DNA from: Deinococcales bacterium
Lineage (GTDB): Bacteria; Deinococcota; Deinococci; Deinococcales; JAAFIG01
DNA length: 56,085 nucleotides
Assembly: GCA_043778225.1 (NCBI GenBank)
Contig: JAYWGM010000001.1
Span: 1 to 56,085 of the forward strand
Direction of reading: 5' to 3'
Shown here: piece after piece, positions 9,929 through 19,400 of the stretch
How the letters are laid out: each line of letters starts with the position of its first letter
Numbering within the stretch: position 1 is the first letter of the stretch
Notes under the pieces: generated by a model
What the model saw: the letters and a program-made list of their open reading frames with translations, nothing else
Told to the model about the DNA's origin: nothing
Database searches by the model: none
Position numbers and translations under genes: made by a program

Positions 9929-11715
9929 GCTGCACCGCCTTTGAATTGCGAACCAAGAATATCGTTATAGAGTTCTGAGGTCTCGAGCAGGTGTTCGTGT
10001 GTGCCAGTGGCTTTAATTTGCCCATCCTCTAGCAGCAAAATCAGGTCGGCATTGCGAACTGTACTGAGGCGCTGGGCAATCACAAAAGTGGTGCGCTGCT
10101 GGTTGTGCATTAAGGCATCCAAAGCATCCTGAATCAGACCTTCGGTCTGGGCATCGACCGCACTGGTCGAGTCATCGAGAATCAGCATTCTGGGTTTGAC
10201 CAAAAGCGCTCGAGCAATTGCCAAGCGCTGGCGTTGCCCGCCGCTCAGACCGATGCCGCGCTCACCAACGATGGTGTCGTAACCATGCTCGAGACCCTGA
10301 ATAAATTCGTCGGCTTGGGCAGCTTTTGCGGCTGATTCAATCTCTAAAAGACTGGCTTCTGGTTTTCCATAAGCAATGTTATCGCGCACCGTGCCACTAA
10401 AAAGCGTGGCTTCTTGCAGCACAATACCAATTTGACCACGCAGGCTCGAGAGTTGCAAATCCTTAATTTCATAGCCATCTATTTTAATACTGCCCTTGGT
10501 GACATCATAAAAACGCGGTATCAGGTTGGTCAGGCTCGATTTTCCAGAGCCAGTCGAACCCAAAATTGCCACCACTTGCCCCGCTTTGACCGAAAAACTG
10601 ATGCCGCGTAGGGCTTCTTTTTCTGCGCCGACATAACGAAAATAAACATCGCTAAACTCGACCCGACCCTCGAGTGGCGGCAGGACAATTGCGTTGGGTT
10701 TATCCTGCACATCCAGAGGTGCATCCAAGACTTCAAAAACCCGTTCGGCACTGCTGCCGGCTCTGGCAATTCCCGCCGCCAAAAAGCCCAAGGTAAAAAT
10801 CGGTTGCAATAAAAACCCAAGGTAGGCATTAAATGCCAATAACTGCCCTAAGCTGAGTTTGCCGCCCAGCACCTCGAGACCGCCATACCAGACCACCGCC
10901 AGTGTGCCTAAATTGCCAAACAAAATCACATTCGGGAAAATCCCAGCAATCGACTGAATCGTAGCAACATTTTTCTCGAGTAAATCGGTGTTGGCAACGC
11001 CATAGCGCTCTTCTTCAAACTTTTCTCGAGCAAACGCCCGCACCACTTTTAAGCCGCGTAAATCTTCTTGTAGCACGGTGTTGAGTTGACTCAAGGCAAT
11101 TTGCACTTGCCCAAAGCGTGGTCCGATTTGGCTCACAAAACGAAACAGCAGCACAAAAATCGGTGGAATGGTCAGCAGCACCACCAGCGTCAACGACCAA
11201 TTAACCAGCAGCAGCACAATAATTGTGCCAAAGAGCGTAAGCAGCGCCGCGATAATCTGGACAATGCCCGTACCGACAAAACCGCGCACCGCTTCGACAT
11301 CCGAAGTCAGGCGAGTCACCAAATTCCCTGTCTGGGCTTGGTCGTAATAACTAAATCCAAGGCGTTGCAGCTTTTCAAATAAGTTTTCGCGCATATCAAA
11401 CGCCACGCCCTGCGAAGCCCGCTCGGCTAAGTAGCCCTGTAAAAAGGTAAATAAACTCCTCAGCAGCGCTGCCCCGATTAAACCCGCCACGGCGTACAAA
11501 ACGGTACTCGAGTCACTTTTGGCGATACCATCATCTACCGCCACCCGAATCAGTTGTGGTGCAAAAAGGTTAGCAACTGTCACCAGCAACAAGGACAGCA
11601 AGGCTGCCGCACTCTCGAGTTGGTAAGATTTTAAGTAACTTAAAGCACGTCGGGCTGCTTTATTGGCGTTTGGATTGGCTTTGGGTCGAGCGGCAGGATT
11701 CACAAAAATAAGCAT
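9925..11715 (-). CDS. ABC exporter, fused TMD-NBD subunit (degenerate site; TM287/288-type heterodimer)
   Basis: GSTGSGKS, LSGGQRQR, degenerate ILDDST and IAQR; ATGA overlap with the partner gene. Confidence 0.92.
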   Translation of the reverse strand: MLIFVNPAARPKANPNANKAARRALSYLKSYQLESAAALLSLLLVTVANLFAPQLIRVAVDDGIAKSDSSTVLYAVAGLIGAALLRSLFTFLQGYLAERASQGVAFDMRENLFEKLQRLGFSYYDQAQTGNLVTRLTSDVEAVRGFVGTGIVQIIAALLTLFGTIIVLLLVNWSLTLVVLLTIPPIFVLLFRFVSQIGPRFGQVQIALSQLNTVLQEDLRGLKVVRAFAREKFEEERYGVANTDLLEKNVATIQSIAGIFPNVILFGNLGTLAVVWYGGLEVLGGKLSLGQLLAFNAYLGFLLQPIFTLGFLAAGIARAGSSAERVFEVLDAPLDVQDKPNAIVLPPLEGRVEFSDVYFRYVGAEKEALRGISFSVKAGQVVAILGSTGSGKSSLTNLIPRFYDVTKGSIKIDGYEIKDLQLSSLRGQIGIVLQEATLFSGTVRDNIAYGKPEASLLEIESAAKAAQADEFIQGLEHGYDTIVGERGIGLSGGQRQRLAIARALLVKPRMLILDDSTSAVDAQTEGLIQDALDALMHNQQRTTFVIAQRLSTVRNADLILLLEDGQIKATGTHEHLLETSELYNDILGSQFKGGAA

Positions 11716-11840
11716 ACCTCATCACTCGAGGGTAAAATTGAAGGCATGAAAGCCATCAAACGCAAGGAATTCTCGAGTTTTAATTTAAGCCAAGCACTGA
11801 CTCTGGCATTCTCGAGCCAGAGTGTATTACAGTGTCGGGC

Positions 11841-12824
11841 GTGTCTTCTTTTGCCAACATGATTCTTGACTTCTTAGATAACCTTCTGCCCAAAACCCAT
11901 ACCCGACCCGAAATCGCGGCGCTTTACAGCCTGATGCGTGATTACCCTTGGCGCGGCGGCAAAATGATTCGCTCTAAAATTCTGGTGGCTTCATGTCTGG
12001 CGCATGGCGGCAAACTCGAGGCAGCCCTGCCTTTGGCGGCTGGACTGGAGCTATTTCAAAATTGGGTGCTGATTCACGACGACATCGAAGATGATTCCGA
12101 CGAGCGGCGCGGACAACCAGCCCTGCACCGTCTGCATGGGATGCCATTGGCACTCAACGCTGGCGATGCGCTTCATGTCTATATGTGGCAAGTGGTGCAT
12201 GGAGCAGCCATACCAAATGCCTTCGAGACCTTTCTCGAGATGATTCACCGCACTGCCGAAGGGCAGCACTTGGATTTATCTTGGGTACAGCATCAGCGCT
12301 GGGACATTGGCGTGCCAGATTATCTAGAATTGGTGCGCCTAAAAACCGCTTTTTATACCGTGGTTGCCCCGTTGCAACTTGGCGCATTGGCGGCTGGCAC
12401 AACCCCCGACGCGGGGCTAGAACAGGCTGGCTTAGACTTGGGAATTGCTTTTCAGATTCGAGATGATGTCTTAAATTTAACAGCTGATTTTAGCGATTAT
12501 GGCAAAGAAATTGGTGGCGATATTCTCGAGGGGAAACGCACTTTAATGCTGATTCGACTCTTAGAATTGGCAGCCCCAGCGCTTCGTGCCGAGGTGATTG
12601 CGATTCTTGAGCAACCCCGCGAGACCAAAACCCAAAGCCAAGTTGGCTATATTTTAGGCTTAATCAAGCAGCACGATTCTATTGCTTTTGCCCAAGAAAT
12701 TGCCGACCAGCACGCGGCAAGAGGCTTAACCCAACTAACCAAAAGCCTTGCTGCTGCCCCCAACCGCCAAGCCGTAGCCGAAATCCTCGAGACAGCCCAA
12801 ACCCTCGCCACACGCCAATCGTAA
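11841..12824 (+). CDS. Polyprenyl synthetase (GGPP synthase-like)
   Basis: 'GGKMIR', 'LIHDDIEDDSDERRG', 'GQHLDL', 'FQIRDD'. Start uncertain. Confidence 0.9.
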   Translation: MSSFANMILDFLDNLLPKTHTRPEIAALYSLMRDYPWRGGKMIRSKILVASCLAHGGKLEAALPLAAGLELFQNWVLIHDDIEDDSDERRGQPALHRLHGMPLALNAGDALHVYMWQVVHGAAIPNAFETFLEMIHRTAEGQHLDLSWVQHQRWDIGVPDYLELVRLKTAFYTVVAPLQLGALAAGTTPDAGLEQAGLDLGIAFQIRDDVLNLTADFSDYGKEIGGDILEGKRTLMLIRLLELAAPALRAEVIAILEQPRETKTQSQVGYILGLIKQHDSIAFAQEIADQHAARGLTQLTKSLAAAPNRQAVAEILETAQTLATRQS

Positions 12825-12867
12825 AACTGACTGTACGCCAATTGTAAAACTTTGTTAGACTGTGCTT

Positions 12868-13914
12868 ATGGCAAATATCTTGGTGCTGGACGATGAAGCC
12901 TCATTGCTGCGCCTGATTGTCACGATTCTCGAGCGGGCTGGGCATACAGTCATCAGTTTTCAAAAACCACTTGAGGCGCTGCGCCATCTCGAGGACTTTG
13001 TACCCGATGCCATTATTTCTGATATTTCGATGCCGGTCATGACCGGACTCGAGTTTTGTGAGCGGGTGCGCCAAATGGCACATCTGCAAACCACGCCGTT
13101 TCTTTTTTTGAGCGCCCTGAGCCAGCGCCCAGAAATGCGAGCCGGTATGAACGCTGGAGCAGACGATTATTTATTAAAGCCTTTTACCCCGACCGAAATT
13201 CTTGAGGCACTCGATGTGCGCTTAAAACGCGCCACGTTATCGCGCAATTTACCAATCGGCAGCAGCGATAGCCTGAGCGCCAAAGCCTTGGGTGGAATCA
13301 ATGTGGTTTACCGAGGCGTAGAAGTGGCTTGGGCATCCAAAAAAGCTGCCGAATTCTTTTTTTATTTGCTCGAGCGCCCCAATGGTGTGACCACCTGGGA
13401 AGCTGCCGAAGCGCTCTGGCGTGATAAAGACGAATCTCGAGCCGCCAGTGTTTTTCATACCACCCTGCACCGTTTACGCAAAACCTTGGATGAAGATGTG
13501 GTTTTTACCAAGAATCGGCGTTATTACCTAAAGACCAACCTAAGCGTAGACTTTGATGTCACCGAGTACCAAAATTTGGTACGCCAAGCCGAACTGAACC
13601 CAGAAGCCAGTGTCTTTGCCCAAGCCATTGCCTTATACAGTGGTGCATATATGGCGGGTTGCGATTCGCAGTGGTGCGAGGACAAACGCGAAATGCTCCA
13701 TGCCACCCATCTGAGTTTACTTTTAGATGCCTCGAGTTTTTCTGTCCAAAACAACGATTTGCGCCGCGCCGCTTGGTATGCTCACCTTGCCACCCAGCAC
13801 GAAAATTATGCTGACCAGGCTTGGACAGCCCTCGCCCAAATCTATGAGACCCTAGGCGACAGCAAACGTGCCGAACGCGCTCGGTCTCGAGTCAATGCTT
13901 GGGATGAATCATGA
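12868..13914 (+). CDS. Response regulator with SARP/BTAD-type output domain
   Basis: Receiver motifs (DD, D-x-SMP, KPF), then wHTH 'EALW...FHTTLHRLRK' and 'LYSGAYM...W'. Confidence 0.85.
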   Translation: MANILVLDDEASLLRLIVTILERAGHTVISFQKPLEALRHLEDFVPDAIISDISMPVMTGLEFCERVRQMAHLQTTPFLFLSALSQRPEMRAGMNAGADDYLLKPFTPTEILEALDVRLKRATLSRNLPIGSSDSLSAKALGGINVVYRGVEVAWASKKAAEFFFYLLERPNGVTTWEAAEALWRDKDESRAASVFHTTLHRLRKTLDEDVVFTKNRRYYLKTNLSVDFDVTEYQNLVRQAELNPEASVFAQAIALYSGAYMAGCDSQWCEDKREMLHATHLSLLLDASSFSVQNNDLRRAAWYAHLATQHENYADQAWTALAQIYETLGDSKRAERARSRVNAWDES

Positions 13915-13985
13915 GACCCAATTGATTAAGACACATTAGGCATATTCCCATCGTAGACCTGTTCAAAAATTGATAAATTGGGGAT

Positions 13986-14357
13986 GTGAAGCGCTTTATG
14001 GCATGGCTATTTTTATTTGGTTGGGTGCTGGCTGCACCGCTCCAACCATTGCCAAATGTGCCAAGCCTACCCGAAGCCAGTCGGGTTGAAGTTGTCGGGC
14101 AGGACTTAAAAGTCAAACACGCGACTGGCACAGTCAGCAAAAAAATCCTGACTTTAATTGCCGACAAAGCCCGTTTACCAGCTTTGGTCAAAGTCAATTT
14201 ATGGGTGGCTGTACCTTACGACGATGTGCTGAACTTTGTGGGAACAGTCAGCAAAGATGGTAAAGACATTCTGCTCGAGGTCAACAAAGAAAAAGTTTCC
14301 TTTGAAGAAACCTTGCGCGAAGTCTACAGCGTCAAACTCGAGTGGAAAGCGCCATAA
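13986..14357 (+). CDS. Hypothetical secreted protein
   Basis: Signal peptide MKRFMAWLFLFGWVLA; TAAATT 6 nt upstream. Confidence 0.65.
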   Translation: MKRFMAWLFLFGWVLAAPLQPLPNVPSLPEASRVEVVGQDLKVKHATGTVSKKILTLIADKARLPALVKVNLWVAVPYDDVLNFVGTVSKDGKDILLEVNKEKVSFEETLREVYSVKLEWKAP

Positions 14358-14358
14358 A

Positions 14359-15504
14359 TTATTGCCAGACAATCAGGCTCGAGAATAAATCGCCGCGCTG
14401 CACCACTGGCGGTTTCATGCCCAAGGCACGGTAGCCACCCTTGACGACCCAACGAACCACCTGTTTTAAGTCAACATCTAAGAGTTGCAGTGCCGCACTG
14501 GCTTCTTCACGGATGTCCAGACTTTGACCACTGGCACTCGAGTCAGTGCCAAGGGCAAGTTCAACCCCATGCTTAGCAAACAGTTTCCAAGGGATTGTGC
14601 CGCACTCGAGGTTATGGTTGCTGCGTGGGCAACTGACCACACTGCAACCATATTGGGCAATAATTCGCACGTCTTCGTCCGAGACATTGACTGCATGAAT
14701 TAAAGTTGGTTTTGCCTCGAGAACCCGCAGTTCGGCTAAGTATTTAATCGGCGATAAACTGGCGCTTGGATTACGCCCCCATGAGGTCTCGAAGGGTGGC
14801 AGCCCAAAACCACGCAACGACTTGGCAAGCGCACCCTCGCCAGTCTTAAATAACTCGAGTTCGGCTGGATGCTCGGCAACATGAATCTGCATCGGTAGCC
14901 CCTCGAGTCGGGCAAATTCCGCCAGACGCTGTAAAAGTTTACTCGAGACTGTAAATGGAGTATGCGGCGATAACCCAAGGCGCACCCGTTGCTCGAGTTT
15001 ACGCCAGCGCCGCACCCGCTCTAAAGTGGCGCTCATGACTTCATCGGCTTGGTCGGGGTTGGCGTTTAAGACCTCCCAATACGCCACCCCAGCGACATCA
15101 GATTCGGTTAATAAATAATCCATGACATTTTCTTTTGCCACAATGTCGCCAAAAGCAGCCACGCCACTGGCACGCAGGGCGGCTAAACCGTCCTTGGCTG
15201 CCTCGAGTCCACGCAAGCCAGCATTTGCCACAATATGCTCTGGAATCCAACGCGGATATGGCAGGGCTTTATACGGCACATGAAATAAATCCAAATGGGT
15301 ATGGGCATTGACTGGACGCGGCAAAATGACCTTGCCAAGCCGTTTAACGCTCATCTCGGGGAACTGCGTTTTTAAGGCTTCAAGTTTGCCAAAACCAATA
15401 ATTGTGGCGGTCGTATCAACCCCAGAGACCGCCACGCCAGCATTCTCGAGCGGTAAGCCAACCCCGTTATAGACCACATCGGCTGCATAAATTAAACGTT
15501 GCAT
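14359..15504 (-). CDS. Amidohydrolase-family deaminase (possibly aminodeoxyfutalosine deaminase)
   Basis: 'NAHTHLD', 'SPHTPF', 'HVAE', 'CPRSN', 'GTDSSAS'. Confidence 0.82.
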   Translation of the reverse strand: MQRLIYAADVVYNGVGLPLENAGVAVSGVDTTATIIGFGKLEALKTQFPEMSVKRLGKVILPRPVNAHTHLDLFHVPYKALPYPRWIPEHIVANAGLRGLEAAKDGLAALRASGVAAFGDIVAKENVMDYLLTESDVAGVAYWEVLNANPDQADEVMSATLERVRRWRKLEQRVRLGLSPHTPFTVSSKLLQRLAEFARLEGLPMQIHVAEHPAELELFKTGEGALAKSLRGFGLPPFETSWGRNPSASLSPIKYLAELRVLEAKPTLIHAVNVSDEDVRIIAQYGCSVVSCPRSNHNLECGTIPWKLFAKHGVELALGTDSSASGQSLDIREEASAALQLLDVDLKQVVRWVVKGGYRALGMKPPVVQRGDLFSSLIVWQ

Positions 15505-15933
15505 TCAACCCTCAATACTCGGATAAAACCATTCGCTCTCCCCCGAAAAACACCAACACAAAGCAATTCTAGCCCCTTGCCCAAAAACAATAGCATTTTG
15601 ATTGAAATCTTGTGCCAGACTGATGATTTGCTCGAGTGGCACATCCCAAACAATAAAGCCAGCTTCTGACCACGATAGCTCGAGATTCTGCCCGTAACTG
15701 TCGGCAAATGCCCAGCCAAAGGACAGCAAAACCGCTTTCAGGTTGGCGTTGCGGGCTAAATTTTCTTCGTCAGAAAGCGGCGTGCTGCGTGGATTCTGTG
15801 CCGAAATCAAAGCAAATGTCCGCCCTTCAAACAACTCCAGACCTGTCTCGAGGCTCGAGAAACGAAAACCCAAACCTTGGGCATGGTAGCTCGTGGCGAG
15901 ATATGCCGCACGAAAAATTTGATCTGGGTGCAT
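15505..15933 (-). CDS. DUF3293-like protein
   Basis: 'AYLATSY', 'ISAQNPRS...EN..RN', 'W.E', 'FNQNAI' pattern. Confidence 0.75.
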   Translation of the reverse strand: MHPDQIFRAAYLATSYHAQGLGFRFSSLETGLELFEGRTFALISAQNPRSTPLSDEENLARNANLKAVLLSFGWAFADSYGQNLELSWSEAGFIVWDVPLEQIISLAQDFNQNAIVFGQGARIALCWCFSGESEWFYPSIEG

Positions 15934-17366
15934 TAAAGCCTCTGAACTGGCTGCAAAAAAGCCGCACTGGTGTGTCGCTCGAGGGCAGCACTGAGGGCAA
16001 TCAGCCGTCCATCCTCGAGAATTGGTGCGATCAACTGTACCCCGATTGGTAAGCCGCCTGAGGTACTAAAAGTGCCATTTTGTTCGTAGCCAAATGGAAT
16101 GCTGATTGCGGGTAAACCAGCCAGATTGACGGCTACGGTATCCACATCGGTCAGGTACATCTCTAAAGGGTCGGCTTTTGCGCCCAACTCAAAGGCGACA
16201 CTTGGCGCAGTCGGCATTAAAAGCGCATCCACGCCACTAAAAACCTGAGCAAAATCGGCAGCAATCATGGCTCTGGCACGAAGCGCTTTACTGTAAAACG
16301 CATCGTAGTAACCACTCGAGAGGGCATATGTTCCCATCAAAATACGGCGTTTGACCTCTGCCCCAAAACCAGCCCCACGAGATTTTGCCATGACCTCGAG
16401 TAAATCCGAACCTACGGCACGTTTTGAATAAACCATGCCATCGTAACGCGCCAAATTGCTGCTGGCTTCGGGGCAAGCAATTAAATAATAGGCGGCTAGC
16501 GCATTCTCGAGACTGGGTAAACTGACCTCGACCACACTTGCCCCTAATGCCTCAAGGGCTTTGCGGGTCTCCTCGATGGCACTTTGCACCGCTTGGCTGT
16601 TGCCACTGCCAAGACTTTCTTTAACCAAGCCAATTTTCCAACCGCGAATATCTTGGTTTAAGGCACTCGAGAAATGGCTTGGCGCATCCAAAGAAGTTGC
16701 ATCCATTGGGTCATGCCCCGAGATGACCTCGAGAAGCGCGGCTAAATCCTCGGTGCTGCGAGCAAACGGACCCACTTGGTCAAGGCTACTGGCATAGGCA
16801 ATCACGCCATACCTCGAGACCCGCCCGTAGGTTGGTTTTAGCCCAAGTACGCCGCAAAACGCGGCTGGTAAGCGAATACTGCCTCCAGTGTCTGTTCCCA
16901 ACGCCCCAGCCACAATGCCCTGCGCCACCGCCGCCGCACTGCCAGAACTGCTACCACCGGGAACACGGCTCGGGTCTCGAGGATTTTTGGTTGCGCCGTA
17001 AGCACTGTTTTCGCCGCTCGAACCCATACCGAATTCATCCATGTTGGCTTTACCAATCACGATTGCACCAGCATTTAATAAACGCTGCAAGGCGGTACTG
17101 GTATACGGCGAGACAAAATTTTCCAAAATACTCGAGCCAGCCGTTGCGCCTAAGCCACGCAGCACGATGTTGTCCTTAATTGCCAGTGGAAACCCCGCCA
17201 AGGGCAAGTGTTCGCCAGCTGATACTCGAGCGTCCACCGTGGCTGCCTGCTCGAGCGCCAAAGGATTAAGCGAAATAAAGGCATTTAACTGGTCTGTTTT
17301 TGCGGCTTCAAAACTGACCGCCACCGTATCCACAGCTTTTTTACTTTTAGAAAACCCCGAAGTCAT
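15933..17366 (-). CDS. gatA: Asp/Glu-tRNA amidotransferase subunit A
   Basis: Amidase signature 'GGSSSGSAAAV', 'DTGGSIR', 'EASSNLARYDG', 'KRRILMGTYALSSGYYDA'. Confidence 0.95.
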   Translation of the reverse strand: MTSGFSKSKKAVDTVAVSFEAAKTDQLNAFISLNPLALEQAATVDARVSAGEHLPLAGFPLAIKDNIVLRGLGATAGSSILENFVSPYTSTALQRLLNAGAIVIGKANMDEFGMGSSGENSAYGATKNPRDPSRVPGGSSSGSAAAVAQGIVAGALGTDTGGSIRLPAAFCGVLGLKPTYGRVSRYGVIAYASSLDQVGPFARSTEDLAALLEVISGHDPMDATSLDAPSHFSSALNQDIRGWKIGLVKESLGSGNSQAVQSAIEETRKALEALGASVVEVSLPSLENALAAYYLIACPEASSNLARYDGMVYSKRAVGSDLLEVMAKSRGAGFGAEVKRRILMGTYALSSGYYDAFYSKALRARAMIAADFAQVFSGVDALLMPTAPSVAFELGAKADPLEMYLTDVDTVAVNLAGLPAISIPFGYEQNGTFSTSGGLPIGVQLIAPILEDGRLIALSAALERHTSAAFLQPVQRL

Positions 17367-17435
17367 AAGGCGATGTTACCAGAAAGGCAGTCCTGAGTAC
17401 CAAGCCAAAGCCTCATCTCGAGTACCCTAAACGGC

Positions 17436-18068
17436 ATGGTCACTGTTTATTATGATTACCTTTGCCCTTATGCTTGGCGTGGGCTAGAGCTCTTGGCAGC
17501 ACTCGAGATTCCGTTTCTTGCACGGCATTACAGTCTTGTACAGGGCAACCACCCTGACAACGCCAACTTGCCACGCCATGCCCCAGTGTGGAAACTGGCT
17601 GAGCAAACGATTGGCGATACTGCCAACGACAATCTGCCAGCTTACTTGAATGTGGATGGTAGCCTCGAAGCCTTTTATGCTTCCCATGCCGCGATGCAGC
17701 AAGGCGCAGCCATTCATTTACAATTTGCACTGGCGTTGTTTCGGGCGCATCATCAAGACAAAAAAGCACTGAACAGCCAAACAATTTTGGAAGCGACTCG
17801 AGCCGCAAAACTCGACTTAGGCGCTTTTGCTGTAGCTCGAGCCGACATCAAAGCCCGAAATACAGAACTGGCGCTTGACCTCGAGGAAGCTGGGAAACTT
17901 GGGGTTTTTGGTACACCGACAATTCAACTCGAGAGCGGCGATATTGCTTACTTTCGCTTTGACAAGTTGCCAGAAACCCAAAAAGGCAAACTCGAGGCGT
18001 GGCAGATTTTTACCAACACACTTTTGAACCAAGCCCGAATCGGCACAATCAAACGGGCTAAGCCATAA
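17436..18068 (+). CDS. DsbA/FrnE-like thioredoxin-fold protein
   Basis: 'YYDYLCPYAW' and 'GVFGTPT'. Confidence 0.8.
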   Translation: MVTVYYDYLCPYAWRGLELLAALEIPFLARHYSLVQGNHPDNANLPRHAPVWKLAEQTIGDTANDNLPAYLNVDGSLEAFYASHAAMQQGAAIHLQFALALFRAHHQDKKALNSQTILEATRAAKLDLGAFAVARADIKARNTELALDLEEAGKLGVFGTPTIQLESGDIAYFRFDKLPETQKGKLEAWQIFTNTLLNQARIGTIKRAKP

Positions 18069-18136
18069 TAGCCACCTACACTTGGGTCACTGGACAACCA
18101 TTCTTGGACACTCGAGACTTCTGTTAAACTCTGCCT

Positions 18137-18451
18137 GTGTTTGAACCTTTAGATTTTGCTACCAGCCAAATACTTGACTGGGAACTCGAGATGATTCAAA
18201 ATGCACTTGATAGGCAAGAAATCGAAATTACTCGCCATGCTGCCAATGCTGCCTAAGATGATGGTTTAACCTTATTTCAATTGCTTGAGGCTGTGCTGGT
18301 TGGTGTTCCAGTAAGTAAGGATTTACCTGATAACGACCTTGAACGGATTGCTGGAATAAACTTTGAGCATCAAACATCGGATTCGCGTTGGTACAGAATA
18401 AAAGTTGCTTGGATTGACCAGTATTTGATTATTACAGCCCACACCATCTAA
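18137..18451 (+). pseudogene. DUF4258/RelE-like toxin with internal stop
   Basis: 105-codon frame (..EITRHAANAA*DDGLT..IITAHTI) interrupted by TAA at 18254-18256; TAAACT 6 nt before the GTG. Confidence 0.65.
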
Positions 18452-18458
18452 GGACACC

Positions 18459-18680
18459 ATGAACTTAACCATCAACGAAAACCGAATTGAATACAGTTAC
18501 ACCAATAAGACTGGTGCAGTTGTACGAATTCGCAATGTTCCTGCAAAAACCCGAGTAGACCAATTTGGACATGAACACCAGACCTTTAGTATTGCCGTGG
18601 CAATGCGACTCGAGGAGCTTAGAAAACAAGCCTTTGCCGTGGACGACTCGAGCAGCGCCATGCATGACCTCGAGTTTTGA
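18459..18680 (+). CDS. YgiT/MqsA-N-like putative antitoxin (no Zn cysteines)
   Basis: 'VRIRNVPA' motif; AGGA RBS; directly follows the DUF4258-like gene. Confidence 0.55.
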   Translation: MNLTINENRIEYSYTNKTGAVVRIRNVPAKTRVDQFGHEHQTFSIAVAMRLEELRKQAFAVDDSSSAMHDLEF

Positions 18681-18706
18681 AAAGCAGAACCACCAATTCT
18701 AAAATG

Positions 18707-18715
18707 TGCTATACT
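18707..18715 (+). promoter_or_regulatory. Extended -10 promoter
   Basis: TGCTATACT with no sizeable ORF downstream before a terminator. Confidence 0.6.
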
Positions 18716-18721
18716 ATCGTC

Positions 18722-18864
18722 GCTAGGATATGTCCCCGAGACAGTGCGAACTGAGTCGTTCTAGTGTCCGCCTCCGTTATAAAAAGCGGTTAGGTTTCTA
18801 GCCAGGACTGGAATATCAAAGAGACTAGGGTTAGTTCCAAAAAAGCCAGCAAATGCTGGCTTTT
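18722..18864 (+). ncRNA. Putative ~140-nt structured sRNA convergent with the htrC-like gene (SroH-like position)
   Basis: Bounded by the extended -10 and a terminator. Helices GCTAGGA/TTCTAGC (18722-28/18796-802), CAG-TGCGAA-CTG and CCGC/GCGG. Confidence 0.55.
18841..18864. terminator. Bidirectional terminator
   Basis: AAAAGCCAGC-AAAT-GCTGGCTTTT, abutting the stop codon of the minus-strand gene. Confidence 0.8.
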
Positions 18865-19393
18865 ATCTTTTTGGTTTAATCGGTTTGTTGTGCTGCACGT
18901 TAAAAAGTATTGTGGAAAACCGAACTTTATTAGGTTTTGGGCGACTCGAGATTCGGTCTTCGTCTCTTGGGAAAGCACTTGAGACAACAAGATGCAAGCG
19001 TTTATCATTAGTGGCGCGGCGGACTTCAAAAAAGATGTTGTATTCAAATTGCTGATTGTTTTGGTCAATTATTTCGATAGTCAAAAAATTTTGATGTTCG
19101 GTATGGGAAATATGACGCGACATCAGGTTCTTTATAATATCTGGAAGGTGTTTAGACAGTTCCCAACGACGAAAATTAAATGTCCGCACATCAGTTTGGC
19201 TTGGATAAATCAAGACCGAATCGTCTTCTGGCTTAATATCCTCTGTGAAACAATGATGGCTAAATTTAATCCAAGTGCGATACTGCCGTTCAGGACTGCC
19301 ATTTTCAGCAACTTGAATGAACCTATGGTCAAATCCATCCAAGTGCGATAAATCAAAAGACTGACTTTCAACTACAAACGACTTCCATTTCAC
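18863..19393 (-). CDS. htrC: HtrC/YjaZ-like protein ('heat shock protein C / stationary phase growth adaptation' family)
   Basis: KW..F...DLSHLD, W..FSHHCFT, R.F...RW.LS, L.L.VSSAFP, K.RFSTI..N...NK match E. coli HtrC as I recall it. AT-rich; GTG 19393 with AGGA upstream. Confidence 0.72.
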   Translation of the reverse strand: MKWKSFVVESQSFDLSHLDGFDHRFIQVAENGSPERQYRTWIKFSHHCFTEDIKPEDDSVLIYPSQTDVRTFNFRRWELSKHLPDIIKNLMSRHISHTEHQNFLTIEIIDQNNQQFEYNIFFEVRRATNDKRLHLVVSSAFPRDEDRISSRPKPNKVRFSTILFNVQHNKPIKPKR

Positions 19394-19400
19394 AAAATTC

